Below are positions 23,491 to 33,949 of a stretch of DNA of 64,000 bases, piece by piece. This stretch comes from Oleispira sp. (GTDB lineage: Bacteria > Pseudomonadota > Gammaproteobacteria > Pseudomonadales > Oceanobacteraceae). Each line of letters begins with the position of its first letter. Positions within the stretch are counted from its first letter, which is position 1. A model generated the notes under the pieces. That model worked only from the letters and a program-made list of their open reading frames with translations. It was not told the origin of the DNA and made no database searches. The position numbers and the translations under genes are program-made. The stretch is taken from contig JBNMOT010000004.1 of assembly GCA_051275515.1 (NCBI GenBank), positions 1,589 through 65,588 on the forward strand. Reading direction: 5' to 3'.

Positions 23491-23883
23491 ATGAGCAACT
23501 GGCTGGATGCAATCAAATGGGACAGCGCTGGCTTAGTCCCCGCGATCGCCCAAGACTACCAAACAGGTCGCATTTTAATGATGGCCTGGATGAACCGTGA
23601 AGCGTTAAACCTCACGATCAAAGAAAACCGAGCAATCTATTATTCTCGTTCACGTCAGCAATTATGGCGTAAAGGTGAATCCTCGGGGCATGTACAACAG
23701 CTGCATGAGACCCGCTTAGACTGTGACGGTGATGTTATTGTGCTGCAAGTCGAACAGATTGGCGGAATTGCATGCCATACAGGGCGTGAAAGCTGCTTCT
23801 ATCGGGTGCATAATGGTGAAGCAGATCAGGGGGAATGGCAATCAGTCGACCCCATATTGAAAGATCCCAAAGATATTTATTAA
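23491..23883 (+). CDS. hisI: phosphoribosyl-AMP cyclohydrolase
   Basis: [31 protein letters not shown]; real start MSNWLD. Confidence 0.95.
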   Translation: MSNWLDAIKWDSAGLVPAIAQDYQTGRILMMAWMNREALNLTIKENRAIYYSRSRQQLWRKGESSGHVQQLHETRLDCDGDVIVLQVEQIGGIACHTGRESCFYRVHNGEADQGEWQSVDPILKDPKDIY

Positions 23884-23905
23884 TTTCCTTTATTAAGAGC
23901 TTATT

Positions 23906-24256
23906 ATGAGCGATTCAGTGGACAATACATCGGTTTTTGAAACGCTAGGAAATATCCTAGAAGAACGAAAGGGAGCTGCCGCAGACAGCTCTTACGTCGC
24001 GAGTCTTTATCATAAAGGCTTGAATAAAATATTAGAAAAAGTCGGTGAAGAAGCCACTGAAACTATTATTGCTGCGAAAGATGCTGAACGCAGTGGTGAT
24101 AACTCAGACGTGATCTACGAAACGGCTGATTTGTGGTTTCACAGTTTAGTTGCTTTAGCTCAGCTAGGTGAACGCCCTGAAGCGGTTGTAAAAGAACTGA
24201 AGCGCCGCTTTGGCTTATCCGGCTTAGAAGAAAAAGCCTCTCGCCAGCCTAAGTAA
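23906..24256 (+). CDS. hisE: phosphoribosyl-ATP diphosphatase
   Basis: [23 protein letters not shown]. Confidence 0.95.
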   Translation: MSDSVDNTSVFETLGNILEERKGAAADSSYVASLYHKGLNKILEKVGEEATETIIAAKDAERSGDNSDVIYETADLWFHSLVALAQLGERPEAVVKELKRRFGLSGLEEKASRQPK

Positions 24257-24285
24257 GGTTGCGAGATAAACATAGGAATTAAAAT

Positions 24286-24618
24286 ATGACTGATTGCTTA
24301 TTTTGTAAGATAGTCGCAGGGGACATTCCTTCGGATAAAGTTTTTGAGGATGATGATTTTTATGCCTTTCGTGATATTAATCCTAAGGCCGATACCCATC
24401 TTCTACTGGTTCCAAAGCAGCATATTGTGAATCTAGACGATTTACAGCCAGCAGACGAAGTGCTGATGGGCAAAATGATGCTCACCGTACCCAAGTTGGC
24501 AAAACAAGAAGAACTTGAAGGCTACCGCACCATCACCAATACCGGCGCACAAGGCGGACAAGAAGTTTTTCACCTGCATCTCCACATTCTGGGTGGCCCT
24601 AAGCTGCCCGGTTTTTAA
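24286..24618 (+). CDS. hinT: HIT-family nucleotide hydrolase
   Basis: CLFCKI and HLHLHILGG histidine triad. Confidence 0.88.
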   Translation: MTDCLFCKIVAGDIPSDKVFEDDDFYAFRDINPKADTHLLLVPKQHIVNLDDLQPADEVLMGKMMLTVPKLAKQEELEGYRTITNTGAQGGQEVFHLHLHILGGPKLPGF

Positions 24619-24644
24619 ATCATTTATAAATAGAGGTAAGTATC

Positions 24645-24911
24645 ATGTTAGGTGGTATTAGTATTTGGCAGTTGTTGATCGTATTCGTTATCGTTATTTT
24701 AGTCTTTGGTACTAAAAAACTGCGCAACCTAGGGGGTGATTTAGGCGGCGCCGTTAAAGGCTTTAAAAATGCGATTAGCGAAGACCCTAATAAGAAAGCA
24801 GAGGATGAAAAAGAGGAAACTCAGCAGCCCTCTATTGCTCTCGATGAAAAAGATGCGACGTTTGACAGTACGGCTGAAAAGCAAAGTACTGAAAAGAAAA
24901 AAGACCAATAA
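24645..24911 (+). CDS. tatA: Tat translocase TatA
   Basis: GISIWQLLI...FGTKKL. Confidence 0.95.
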   Translation: MLGGISIWQLLIVFVIVILVFGTKKLRNLGGDLGGAVKGFKNAISEDPNKKAEDEKEETQQPSIALDEKDATFDSTAEKQSTEKKKDQ

Positions 24912-24935
24912 GATACATAATTTGGAGCACCTCAC

Positions 24936-25301
24936 GTGTTTGATATTGGCTTTCTAGAGTTAATGGTCGTCGCCATTCTGGGTTTATTAGTGTTAGGCCC
25001 TGAACGACTGCCTGTCGCTGCGCGAACCGTTGGGTTATTCATCGGTAAAATTCGCCGCACTATGAGTAATATTCAAGATGATTTAGAACGCAAAGTGCGT
25101 ACTGATGAGTTAAAAGAAAAGCTCAGGGATCCTTATGCGACTTTTAAGGATGAAGAAGACAGCGCGGCAAAAGATAACCTATTACAAAATGCTATAGGAA
25201 AAGAGACTGTCAGCAAAGAAGCGGCTCACACAGACTCTCTACCAAAAGACTCTGCACCAAAAGACGCTGTTGAAGACACCCATTCAACAGCCAAAAAATA
25301 A
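24936..25301 (+). CDS. tatB: Tat translocase TatB
   Basis: MFDIGFLEL...LGPERLP. Confidence 0.95.
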   Translation: MFDIGFLELMVVAILGLLVLGPERLPVAARTVGLFIGKIRRTMSNIQDDLERKVRTDELKEKLRDPYATFKDEEDSAAKDNLLQNAIGKETVSKEAAHTDSLPKDSAPKDAVEDTHSTAKK

Positions 25302-25313
25302 GACTCGAGCAAA

Positions 25314-26090
25314 ATGACCAAAGCAACCGAACCCGCGGCAGTAGCAGAACAACCCCTTATGACGCACCTCATTGAGCTGCGTAACCGTCTGCTAAAAATA
25401 GTACTCTCAATTTTGCTCATTTTCTTAGGCCTATTTTATTTTGCTAACGATCTTTATTTAATCTTAGTAGAACCGCTGTCGTCGATATTACCCGCCAATG
25501 GCGCCATGGTCGCAACCGGCATCGCCTCACCCTTTTTGGTGCCTTTTAAACTGACCATTGTTCTTGCTATCTTTTTATCGGTGCCTTTTATTTTGCATCA
25601 AATCTGGTCATTTATTGCGCCTGGTTTGTATCAGCAAGAAAAGAAATTTGCCATTCCGCTATTGCTCTCAAGCATCCTCTTATTTTATGCGGGCATTACC
25701 TTTGCTTATTATGTTGTCTTACCCCTCGCCTTCTCTTTCTTTACGTCAGTAGGGCCAGAGGGCGTCACCTTGATGCCCGACATCGACAACATCCTTAACT
25801 TCATTTTGAAAATGTTTTTCGCTTTCGGAATTGCCTTTGAAATACCCATCGCCACTTTTTTGATGGTACTCATGGGTTTTACCACCGTGAAAAGCCTCAG
25901 TGCTAAGCGACCCTATGTGTTCTTAGGCTGCTTCGTGGTTGGTATGTTTGTCACCCCGCCTGATGTAATATCACAAACTATTTTAGCCGTCCCTATGTGG
26001 ATGTTATTTGAAGTGGGGATCCTATTCGCTCGCTTAATTAAAAACCCCATAGAGCCAGAAGAAGAGCAACATGAAAATAGCATTGGCTAA
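25314..26090 (+). CDS. tatC: Tat translocase TatC
   Basis: HLIELRNRL, FIAPGLY, TPPDVISQ. Confidence 0.96.
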   Translation: MTKATEPAAVAEQPLMTHLIELRNRLLKIVLSILLIFLGLFYFANDLYLILVEPLSSILPANGAMVATGIASPFLVPFKLTIVLAIFLSVPFILHQIWSFIAPGLYQQEKKFAIPLLLSSILLFYAGITFAYYVVLPLAFSFFTSVGPEGVTLMPDIDNILNFILKMFFAFGIAFEIPIATFLMVLMGFTTVKSLSAKRPYVFLGCFVVGMFVTPPDVISQTILAVPMWMLFEVGILFARLIKNPIEPEEEQHENSIG

Positions 26091-26757
26091 GCCTGTGTTT
26101 AGAACCTTATTGTTCATCCTGGCCCTAGTGCCCACCATTTATTGTCACGGGGCAACGACCTCACTCGACGATAATGAACGTGACTTAGACACGGAGCCAG
26201 ACCTCTATTATGAAGATGCTTTCTCTAACCGCAAATATACCGATACTCGGCCATTCTTTATCCTAGAAGCACTATTGGGGGGCGATACCTTACAAAAAAT
26301 AGAATTTGAAAATGGTGATAGCGATAGTATTCGTGCAGGGTCAGGTGTCTACATAGCGCTAGGGGTGGCCCACTTGATGTTTGAAAAAAGAATGGATGTC
26401 GGCATTAGAGCAGGCTATTTATTTGATCTCATTACGGCAAAATCTAATGATGGCAGTGAAAGCGTACTGTCGTTTACCCGCAAACCCATCGACATTTTTA
26501 GCCATTACTGGGCGGGGCGCCACTGCTTTGGTGGCGGGTTAACGGCTCACTTAGATCCCACGTTTACCAGTCGAGAAACGTCTGATAACGCACAATACAA
26601 CACCGCTTACGGTGCCTACGCCGAATACTTATTTCACTTCACGGGCACCGGCAGCGCTTTGGGGATCAAATATATCAGCATCGATTATAAAAACAAAAAA
26701 AACGGCCATATTACCGATGGCAGTGCTTGGGGTATGACCTTTAACCAACTGTTTTAA
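26071..26757 (+). CDS. exported protein, probable small outer-membrane beta-barrel
   Basis: Signal peptide, alternating beta-strand pattern, C-terminal Phe. Confidence 0.6.
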   Translation: MKIALAKPVFRTLLFILALVPTIYCHGATTSLDDNERDLDTEPDLYYEDAFSNRKYTDTRPFFILEALLGGDTLQKIEFENGDSDSIRAGSGVYIALGVAHLMFEKRMDVGIRAGYLFDLITAKSNDGSESVLSFTRKPIDIFSHYWAGRHCFGGGLTAHLDPTFTSRETSDNAQYNTAYGAYAEYLFHFTGTGSALGIKYISIDYKNKKNGHITDGSAWGMTFNQLF

Positions 26758-26838
26758 TGCTTCTCGTTGCAACTCATCGCTGATTTAATCCGATAGCAAT
26801 GGTATATTGTTCGCAAAATAGACAAGTGAATTACAACC

Positions 26839-27756
26839 ATGGCAACTGATACTCTAATAAACAAAATAAAAAATCGTGAAAGCGGAATCGTACTTTATGG
26901 CATTACGCCACCAAAGAAAGGGACCAGTGAAGAGAAAGTGGCTGAAATATCTGCTCGCCAGGTAGAACGCCTCCAAGACCTAAGCGTTGATGGACTCGTG
27001 CTCTATGACATTCAAGACGAAAAATCTCGTACCGATGAAGACCGTCCTTTTCCTTTCATGGAAACGTTGGATTGCTATGATTACAGCCAACAGCATTTAA
27101 CACACTTAAAGATTCCTAAGATCATTTACCGCGCGGTCGGAAAATACTCTGAATCCGAGCTGTCTGACTTTTTAACCCACGCGAATCCACAAGAAAACTT
27201 ATCCATTTTTGTAGGCGCTGCCTCAAAGTCCCAAGAAGTCACGCTATCCATGAGCGCTGCGTATAAAATTAAAGAACAGACCCAGAGCGATGTATTATTA
27301 GGTGGTGTAGTAATCCCAGAACGCCACCAATCTAAGGGTAACGAACATATACGAGTATTCGAGAAGATAGCGCAAGGCTGTAGCTTTTTTGTCTCACAGG
27401 GCGTTTACGACGTTAATGCATCAAAGAATTTTTTATCCGATTACTATTATTACGGCCAAGAGCACAATATTCCTTTAGTACCCATACTGTTCACCCTTAC
27501 CCCTTGTGGTTCTGCTAAGACACTGCAATTTATGAAGTGGCTAGGCATCAGCATCCCAAGATGGTTAGAAAATGACTTAATTCACTCTAACGATATTTTG
27601 CAGCGATCGGTTGATGTTTCTGAACAAAGCTATCGTGAGTTAAAAGCGTTTGCTGAAGAAAAGGGCATTCCCGTAGGCTGTAATATTGAAAGCGTCGCGA
27701 TTCGCAAGATAGAAGTAGAAGCCTCTATTGAGTTATTAAAAAGAGTCAGTGCTTAA
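26839..27756 (+). CDS. methylenetetrahydrofolate-reductase-like flavoprotein
   Basis: YGITPPK, GGVVIPERH, FFVSQGVYD, WLGISIP. Confidence 0.7.
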   Translation: MATDTLINKIKNRESGIVLYGITPPKKGTSEEKVAEISARQVERLQDLSVDGLVLYDIQDEKSRTDEDRPFPFMETLDCYDYSQQHLTHLKIPKIIYRAVGKYSESELSDFLTHANPQENLSIFVGAASKSQEVTLSMSAAYKIKEQTQSDVLLGGVVIPERHQSKGNEHIRVFEKIAQGCSFFVSQGVYDVNASKNFLSDYYYYGQEHNIPLVPILFTLTPCGSAKTLQFMKWLGISIPRWLENDLIHSNDILQRSVDVSEQSYRELKAFAEEKGIPVGCNIESVAIRKIEVEASIELLKRVSA

Positions 27757-27843
27757 CGTTGATGGAATGCGGCTGCCCTGTTGATGGGCAGTCCATTAAA
27801 TTACATTCAAATATTTTTATGTACCTAATGAGATTTAAGCCTT

Positions 27844-29736
27844 TTATTTTTCAGCCTTTGCAGATGTTTCAGACTCATTTTCAACTTGAGTATGAGATCG
27901 CTCTTTATCCATCTCTTCTTTTAAAGCAGACTCCAAATTCATAAACAATTCTTGAATATGGCTAATATGGCCATCCTCTTCATTCATCTTTAACCATGCA
28001 TGATACAAAGTATTTTTATATTTAGCTTCAGTTTCAAGAAAGACCTGACCCTGCTGATGAGCCTGATATTTTGGCATGCCCATATTCACTAACGCTTGCT
28101 TACCCATTTCGAGTGCTGAATGAAAAGTTTCAGAAATCACATAATCAGCACCCGCTTTTTCTAACTCGTAACTTTGACCTCGATCAAACGCTCGCGCCAA
28201 AATTTTCACCTGTGGGTAAGTCATCTTCACATGACGAACTAACGCCTTGGCACTTTCAGGCTGATCAATCGCAATCACTAATAATCTAGCCTCTGCAATA
28301 CCTGCTGTGTGTAATAAATCGGGCTGAGTCGCATCACCAAAATAACTTTTAACATTAATACCTCGCATTAATTCAATACGCGCCGCATTATAATCCAGTA
28401 CCGTTGTTGTTATATTATTAGCAACCAATAAGCGATTAATAATTTGACCAAAACGCCCTGACCCCGCAATAATGACACTGCCTTGCTCGTCGATGTCATC
28501 CGCTGCTTGCTCATTTTTTGCTTCAGCAAAATGTGGCAAAATCACCTTCTGAAAAAGAATAAACAAGCCGGGTGTTAAAAACATAGACAAAGCAACCGGC
28601 AGCGATAATAGCTGCACCAACTCCGTCGATAATACATGTTGCTGCTGAGCAAAGCTTAATAGAACCAAACCAAATTCCCCAGCCTGTGCCAGACTCAAAG
28701 CAAACAACCAACGATCACTGCCCAAGATATTAAATACTCTGGCCAAGCCAAAAAGCACCAAAGCTTTTATCGACATGAGTCCCAAAGTAATTGCAGCAAT
28801 GATCACTGCGTTATCAGATAAAATAGCAAAATTTATGCCCGCCCCTACTGTGATAAAAAATAGGCCTAATAAGAGTCCTTTGAAAGGCTCTATATTACTT
28901 TCTAATTCATGGCGAAATTCACTATTGGCCAAGACCACACCGGCTAAAAATGTACCGAGCGCAGGGCTTAAGTCCACTAGACTCATTAATGCCGCAATAC
29001 CAATAACCAATAATAGCGCCGTGGTGGTAAACATCTCGCGCAAACCAGACGCCGCAATATAACGAAATAAAGGGCGCGATAAAAAGTGCCCACCGACAAC
29101 CACAAAAGCAATGGCGGCGATAACCGCAAGTCCATAAGCCCAGCGAGGTAAATAAGAAACCAAAGAATAGTTTTCATGCTGATCCGCAGAATCTGCTAGA
29201 GCTTGGCTTTGCTCAACCAACTCAGGAATCGCCAACATCGGAATAAAAGCCAGCATAGGAATAACCGCGATGTCCTGAAACAACAAAACACTAAAGGCAT
29301 TACGAGCACCGTCCGTTTTATTTAAAGATTTTTCATTAAACGTTTGCAAAACAATCGCAGTGGAAGACAAAGCGAAGATAAAACCAATGGTTAATGACAC
29401 CCCGAATGGCAGAGCGAATGCTAAAGCAAGGGCTGTAATGGCGGCAGTGGTCAGCCCCACTTGTAAACCACCCAAACCCATTAAGCGGTGGCGCATAGCC
29501 CAAAATGCTTTGGGTTCAAGCTCCATTCCAACCAAAAATAACATCATCACCACACCAAACTCAGCAAAGTGTTGAATCGTGGAGGTCTCACTGCCAACCA
29601 ATCCAAGCACAGGACCGATCAAGACGCCCGCCATTAGGTAACCTAATACCGACCCCAACCCTAAACGTTTCGCTAAAGGGACCATAATGACCGCGGCCGC
29701 TAAATAGATAAAAGCTTGTAAGAAATAACCTGTCAT
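27844..29736 (-). CDS. CPA2 K+/H+ antiporter with KTN domain (KefB/KefC-like)
   Basis: LGLGSVLGYL, LLFQDIA, IEPFKGLLLGLFF, GSGRFGQ. Confidence 0.9.
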   Translation of the reverse strand: MTGYFLQAFIYLAAAVIMVPLAKRLGLGSVLGYLMAGVLIGPVLGLVGSETSTIQHFAEFGVVMMLFLVGMELEPKAFWAMRHRLMGLGGLQVGLTTAAITALALAFALPFGVSLTIGFIFALSSTAIVLQTFNEKSLNKTDGARNAFSVLLFQDIAVIPMLAFIPMLAIPELVEQSQALADSADQHENYSLVSYLPRWAYGLAVIAAIAFVVVGGHFLSRPLFRYIAASGLREMFTTTALLLVIGIAALMSLVDLSPALGTFLAGVVLANSEFRHELESNIEPFKGLLLGLFFITVGAGINFAILSDNAVIIAAITLGLMSIKALVLFGLARVFNILGSDRWLFALSLAQAGEFGLVLLSFAQQQHVLSTELVQLLSLPVALSMFLTPGLFILFQKVILPHFAEAKNEQAADDIDEQGSVIIAGSGRFGQIINRLLVANNITTTVLDYNAARIELMRGINVKSYFGDATQPDLLHTAGIAEARLLVIAIDQPESAKALVRHVKMTYPQVKILARAFDRGQSYELEKAGADYVISETFHSALEMGKQALVNMGMPKYQAHQQGQVFLETEAKYKNTLYHAWLKMNEEDGHISHIQELFMNLESALKEEMDKERSHTQVENESETSAKAEK

Positions 29737-29917
29737 ATTTCACCGAATGGTATTCTGAATGAAAATAAAATATTGTTCTGTCGTACTGAACAATACGTGA
29801 AAATTTATTTGACGCCTATTTATCTTTGATGGCTACCGAATAACGTGAGGTTTACTGATACTATGAGCCTAGTCGCAGCTTAGATGATTAAATTTAATGT
29901 AAAGTGGAGTAGAACTT

Positions 29918-30829
29918 ATGAATATGAGTGTGGGTTTAAACCTGGTTTTTGCCTGTTTTTTTTCAGTCATCGTTTTTGCAAACCTTGAGGCCTTGGCCAA
30001 CCTGTTGATGGTAAACGCCGTGATACAAATTACGCTCTTTGCGGTTGTTGCCTGCATCCCATTCCTGCGGACTAAACGAGTATCTTATGTCGATATCGCC
30101 TGGCCATTTGGTGTTGCATTAATTGGCTTGCAGATTTTACTTATGGGCGATGCTGATTTTATTCGTAGAACGATCGTTGGTGGCATCTATATGTTCATTG
30201 GTTTACGCATGGGTTTAGGTGCGCTATTCATGGCAAAAAAGACCGGCGTCATTTTCAAAACCGAATTTCCCCGCTACAAATATCGTCGTATGGTATTGGA
30301 GCAGTCCGGTAGCAAACATATCAATGCTCACCTATTGGCTGAAATTATGGCTCAGGGCTTTGCCAATATCACGGTATTGGCTCTGCCAGGTTTTTTAATC
30401 GCAACCAACAGCAGTGACTCAATTTCAACTTTGGAAATCATCGGGATCTGCCTTTGGATGTCCGCTTATCTTTTAGAGTCCGTCGCAGATGGTCAAAAAT
30501 TACTATTCATTTCAAAAAATAAAAGAGGTGTCTGTAATATCGGTTTATGGAAGTACAGCCGCCATCCGAACTATTTTGCGGAGTGGCTAGTATGGACAGG
30601 GCTGGTGATCGCGGCTATTCCTTCGTGGCTAGCGCTGAGTGGCAGTGAAACATTATTGGTATGGATATGCTTAGGTGTGGGTAGTTTGAGCGCCTCATGC
30701 ATGATGTATATCACCCTGGTTCACCTGACCGGCGCCATCCCTGCGGAATATTATTCCGTGCAAAAAAGAAAAGAATATAAAGAGTATCAAGAAAAAACGA
30801 ATATGTTTTTTCCCTGGTTTTCTCGATAG
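29918..30829 (+). CDS. DUF1295 / steroid 5-alpha-reductase-like membrane protein
   Basis: ESVADGQK, GLWKYSRHPNYFAE, YKEYQ..T..FFPW. Confidence 0.85.
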   Translation: MNMSVGLNLVFACFFSVIVFANLEALANLLMVNAVIQITLFAVVACIPFLRTKRVSYVDIAWPFGVALIGLQILLMGDADFIRRTIVGGIYMFIGLRMGLGALFMAKKTGVIFKTEFPRYKYRRMVLEQSGSKHINAHLLAEIMAQGFANITVLALPGFLIATNSSDSISTLEIIGICLWMSAYLLESVADGQKLLFISKNKRGVCNIGLWKYSRHPNYFAEWLVWTGLVIAAIPSWLALSGSETLLVWICLGVGSLSASCMMYITLVHLTGAIPAEYYSVQKRKEYKEYQEKTNMFFPWFSR

Positions 30830-30894
30830 TCAGCCATCTATAATCACCCCTAATAGCGCCCTTGCTCCATACGCCATCGACTCGAGGAATCATC

Positions 30895-31935
30895 ATGAAA
30901 GCCGTAGGGTATTTAACACCGCAAACGATTGATCACAGCGATGCACTTATTGATGTTACGTTAGCAAAACCTGATGTGACAGGACGCGATTTATTGGTGA
31001 AAGTAAACGCGATATCGGTAAACCCTGTTGATATTAAAATACGCTTATCATCTTCTGCCGACAATAATCAGCATAAGATTTTAGGGTGGGATGCCGTCGG
31101 CGAAGTCGTGGCTATCGGTGATGGGGTACACAACTTTAAGCGAGGGGATCAGGTATATTATGCCGGTGATCTTACTCGCTCAGGCTCTAATGCTGAATTT
31201 CAATTGGTGGATGAACGCATCGTCGGTCACAAGCCCAAATCCCTCAGTAATAGCGAAGCCGCTGCGCTGCCATTAACCGCCATTACCGCATGGGAGCTTT
31301 TATTTAGCCGCTTAGACTTTATACCAATACCACCAGACACGGCTAATACAGCAGAAAACCAACCACCGAGGCAAATTTTAATCATAGGCGCAGCCGGGGG
31401 GGTCGGGTCTATATTGACTCAACTGGCCTCTAGATTAACCAAGGCGACTGTCATCGGAACCGCCTCGCGCCCAGAAAGCGAGCGCTGGGTAAAAGCGCTA
31501 GGCGCTGATCATGTTATTAATCACCACCTGCCCTTAGCAGCACAACTGAATGAGCTAGGCATAGCAAACGTAAGCCATGTGATCAGCTTAAATCACACCG
31601 GTGATCACTTTGAACAACTAGTAGAAGTACTCGCACCCCAGGGTAAATTAGCATTAATAGACGATCCACAAAACGGTTTGGATATTATGCAATTGAAACG
31701 AAAATCTATTTCATTACATTGGGAATTTATGTTTACCCGCTCCCTGTTTCAGACCGACGACATGCACAAACAGCATGAGCTACTGAATCAATTATCAGAG
31801 TTAATCGACAGGGGTTTGATAAAAACAACCCTAGGCGAACACTTTGGTCTTATTAATGCTGAAAATTTAAAACGCGCCCATGCCCATATAGAAAGCAACC
31901 GAGCCATTGGAAAGATCGTATTAGAAGGGTTTTAA
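30895..31935 (+). CDS. MDR-family (quinone-oxidoreductase-like) oxidoreductase
   Basis: SVNPVD, LGWDAVG, GAAGGVG, HWEFMFTR; start MKAVG. Confidence 0.88.
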   Translation: MKAVGYLTPQTIDHSDALIDVTLAKPDVTGRDLLVKVNAISVNPVDIKIRLSSSADNNQHKILGWDAVGEVVAIGDGVHNFKRGDQVYYAGDLTRSGSNAEFQLVDERIVGHKPKSLSNSEAAALPLTAITAWELLFSRLDFIPIPPDTANTAENQPPRQILIIGAAGGVGSILTQLASRLTKATVIGTASRPESERWVKALGADHVINHHLPLAAQLNELGIANVSHVISLNHTGDHFEQLVEVLAPQGKLALIDDPQNGLDIMQLKRKSISLHWEFMFTRSLFQTDDMHKQHELLNQLSELIDRGLIKTTLGEHFGLINAENLKRAHAHIESNRAIGKIVLEGF

Positions 31936-31938
31936 CAA

Positions 31939-32109
31939 TTAATCTTTTTTATCTATCGTGACCTCAATATTTTTACTGCTACCGGCAAACCATTTTTGAA
32001 CATACAGCGTGCCGACAATAGGCGCCGTGCCTTCATCAGGCACTTCTTTGTAACGCACGCTGTTCTTAGTTTCTTTTTCATATTCAAAGTTTACGATTTT
32101 CTTGGTCAT
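31939..32109 (-). CDS. small hypothetical protein (56 aa)
   Basis: Manual translation MTKKIVNFEYEKETKNSVRYKEVPDEGTAPIVGTLYVQKWFAGSSKNIEVTIDKKD; below the ORF-track cutoff; ends convergently 3 bp from the neighbouring stop. Confidence 0.7.
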   Translation of the reverse strand: MTKKIVNFEYEKETKNSVRYKEVPDEGTAPIVGTLYVQKWFAGSSKNIEVTIDKKD

Positions 32110-32145
32110 TCGATTGCCCGCTAAGTGATAATTTATTTGAGCATT

Positions 32146-32222
32146 AGTATCTCAAAGTAGTAACAGTATCTCAAATCAGTACAGTATCTCAAATCAGTAC
32201 AGTATCTCAAATCAGTACAGTA
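32146..32222. repeat. 18-bp tandem repeat (CAGTATCTCAAATCAGTA)
   Basis: Three perfect units at 32164-32217, one degenerate upstream unit and a partial unit. Confidence 0.9.
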
Positions 32223-32291
32223 GGAATTATTACTCAACCCTGTATTATCAAGAGCGTGAGCAATCGTCTAAAGATACAGCGAGTAGTTTGA

Positions 32292-33008
32292 ATGTGGTTT
32301 AATAATGAGCACATCACTGGGTCAGCAATCCGCAGGTATCGAGATTCTTTATTAAGCGCTTGCCCCAATCACGTGGTGATTGATAACTTATTCAATAGCA
32401 CCAAACTTGATAATGTCGTCAAGGTTTTAGAATACGCACAAAGCTGGGAAACTCAACGCCATACCTACTCTGCGTTATATGTTGATGATGCGCAGTGGCA
32501 AGCAACCCGTCATGAGCAACGCTTTGTACAGCGAGACGTTTGGCAGCGTCAATCACAGAACTGCAATTTTGACACCTTGACCGCTACTCATTTCGATCCC
32601 TGCATCGCAGATGATTTTTTATCATTTTTACGCAGTGATGAATTTATGTCCGTTTTATCACAAATCTTTAATGTCCCCCTCACCGACATACACGTTGCTG
32701 ACCCAGAAATAAATACCAATTTTTTTCGTTTAAGCACCGCGGACTTTGTTGAACAACATGCTGATGACTCCCCCGGCAGAGAAGTCTGCATGTTGCTGTA
32801 TTTAAATAAAGGCTGGCAGGAAAATACAGGGGGTGAGTTAGTTTTTGTGAGTGACAACAATACCCCGATTACTATTGCACCCTTGTATAACCGCTGTGTG
32901 TTTTTTGATCCTTCCTCAAAGGGCTCTGAACACTGGGTAAAAAAGATGTACGCTGAAGGTAGCGATCAATATCGCTATAATGTAACCAGCTGGTATTGGT
33001 CTGAATAG
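32292..33008 (+). CDS. 2OG-Fe(II) oxygenase (prolyl-hydroxylase-like)
   Basis: HAD...LLYLN..W...GGEL...H.V...R facial-triad pattern. Confidence 0.85.
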   Translation: MWFNNEHITGSAIRRYRDSLLSACPNHVVIDNLFNSTKLDNVVKVLEYAQSWETQRHTYSALYVDDAQWQATRHEQRFVQRDVWQRQSQNCNFDTLTATHFDPCIADDFLSFLRSDEFMSVLSQIFNVPLTDIHVADPEINTNFFRLSTADFVEQHADDSPGREVCMLLYLNKGWQENTGGELVFVSDNNTPITIAPLYNRCVFFDPSSKGSEHWVKKMYAEGSDQYRYNVTSWYWSE

Positions 33009-33094
33009 TGGGTCTGAATAATGTCTTGAATTCACCTACCCTAAGCCAAAGCACTATGTCATAGTGAAATCAGAACAATAAAAGAGATAACACG

Positions 33095-33928
33095 ATGACA
33101 AATACTCGCGAAGGTGCAATCAAACCACGGCGTATGCAGTTTGATACTAACAATATAAAAGCGTCTCGATTTTCGATAGAAGATAACTCACTGATCAGTA
33201 CCTTCTTCTATTCTCTGTCGGCTATGTTTCCTGAAGGTGAACGCTTTTTTATACATGCAGTACGCCATTATCAAAGTGCCATTACTGATCCTAAGATGCT
33301 CGACGATATTCGTGGATTCATCGGCCAAGAAGCGCACCATGGGCGCTGCCATGATGATCTGAATAACGCCATCGCAAAACTCGGCATTCCTATGTCGATG
33401 ATCACCGACAACATGGTCACTCGCGTCACGATGCTAAAGACACGTTTTGGACCTGAACGTCAACTAGCACTTACCGTCGCCATGGAGCATTTCACCGCAA
33501 GCCTAGCCGAATTTATTTTAGAAAACCCAGAAGTACTCGACAACGCGCCAGAAACATTTCGAAGTATGATGTTATGGCATGCAGTGGAGGAAATCGAACA
33601 CAAGGCGGTTGCGTTTGATGTGTTCCGTCTCCAAGTGAATGATGAATTTATGCGTCGTCGCGTCATGGTTATTGCAATGGTGACCATATTTTCCCGTATC
33701 GCACTCTTTCAAATTCGAATGCTATGGAAAACGAAACACATGCCAAGCATGCAAGAATGGATAGGCGCTACACGATTTTTTTGGGGTAAAAAAGGAATAC
33801 TACGCGCCAATAGCAAGGGCATGAGAAAATTCTTTCAGCGTGATTTCCATCCCAATGACATTGATCAATCCGCATTAATTGATGGTTGGGAACAACGTTT
33901 TCCTGAAGTCGCCGCCCAAGAAGCTTAA
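33095..33928 (+). CDS. predicted metal-dependent hydrolase (ferritin-like diiron family)
   Basis: FPEGERFF, QEAHH, EHFTA, WHAVEEIEHK, FHP. Confidence 0.85.
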   Translation: MTNTREGAIKPRRMQFDTNNIKASRFSIEDNSLISTFFYSLSAMFPEGERFFIHAVRHYQSAITDPKMLDDIRGFIGQEAHHGRCHDDLNNAIAKLGIPMSMITDNMVTRVTMLKTRFGPERQLALTVAMEHFTASLAEFILENPEVLDNAPETFRSMMLWHAVEEIEHKAVAFDVFRLQVNDEFMRRRVMVIAMVTIFSRIALFQIRMLWKTKHMPSMQEWIGATRFFWGKKGILRANSKGMRKFFQRDFHPNDIDQSALIDGWEQRFPEVAAQEA

Positions 33929-33949
33929 TAATACCTCATCTTAGAGGTA

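Noticed and set aside
32146-32222. Possible CRISPR array (also considered for 9120-9166 and 61516-61580)
   Set aside because: Units are contiguous with no unique spacers, are too short, and there are no cas genes
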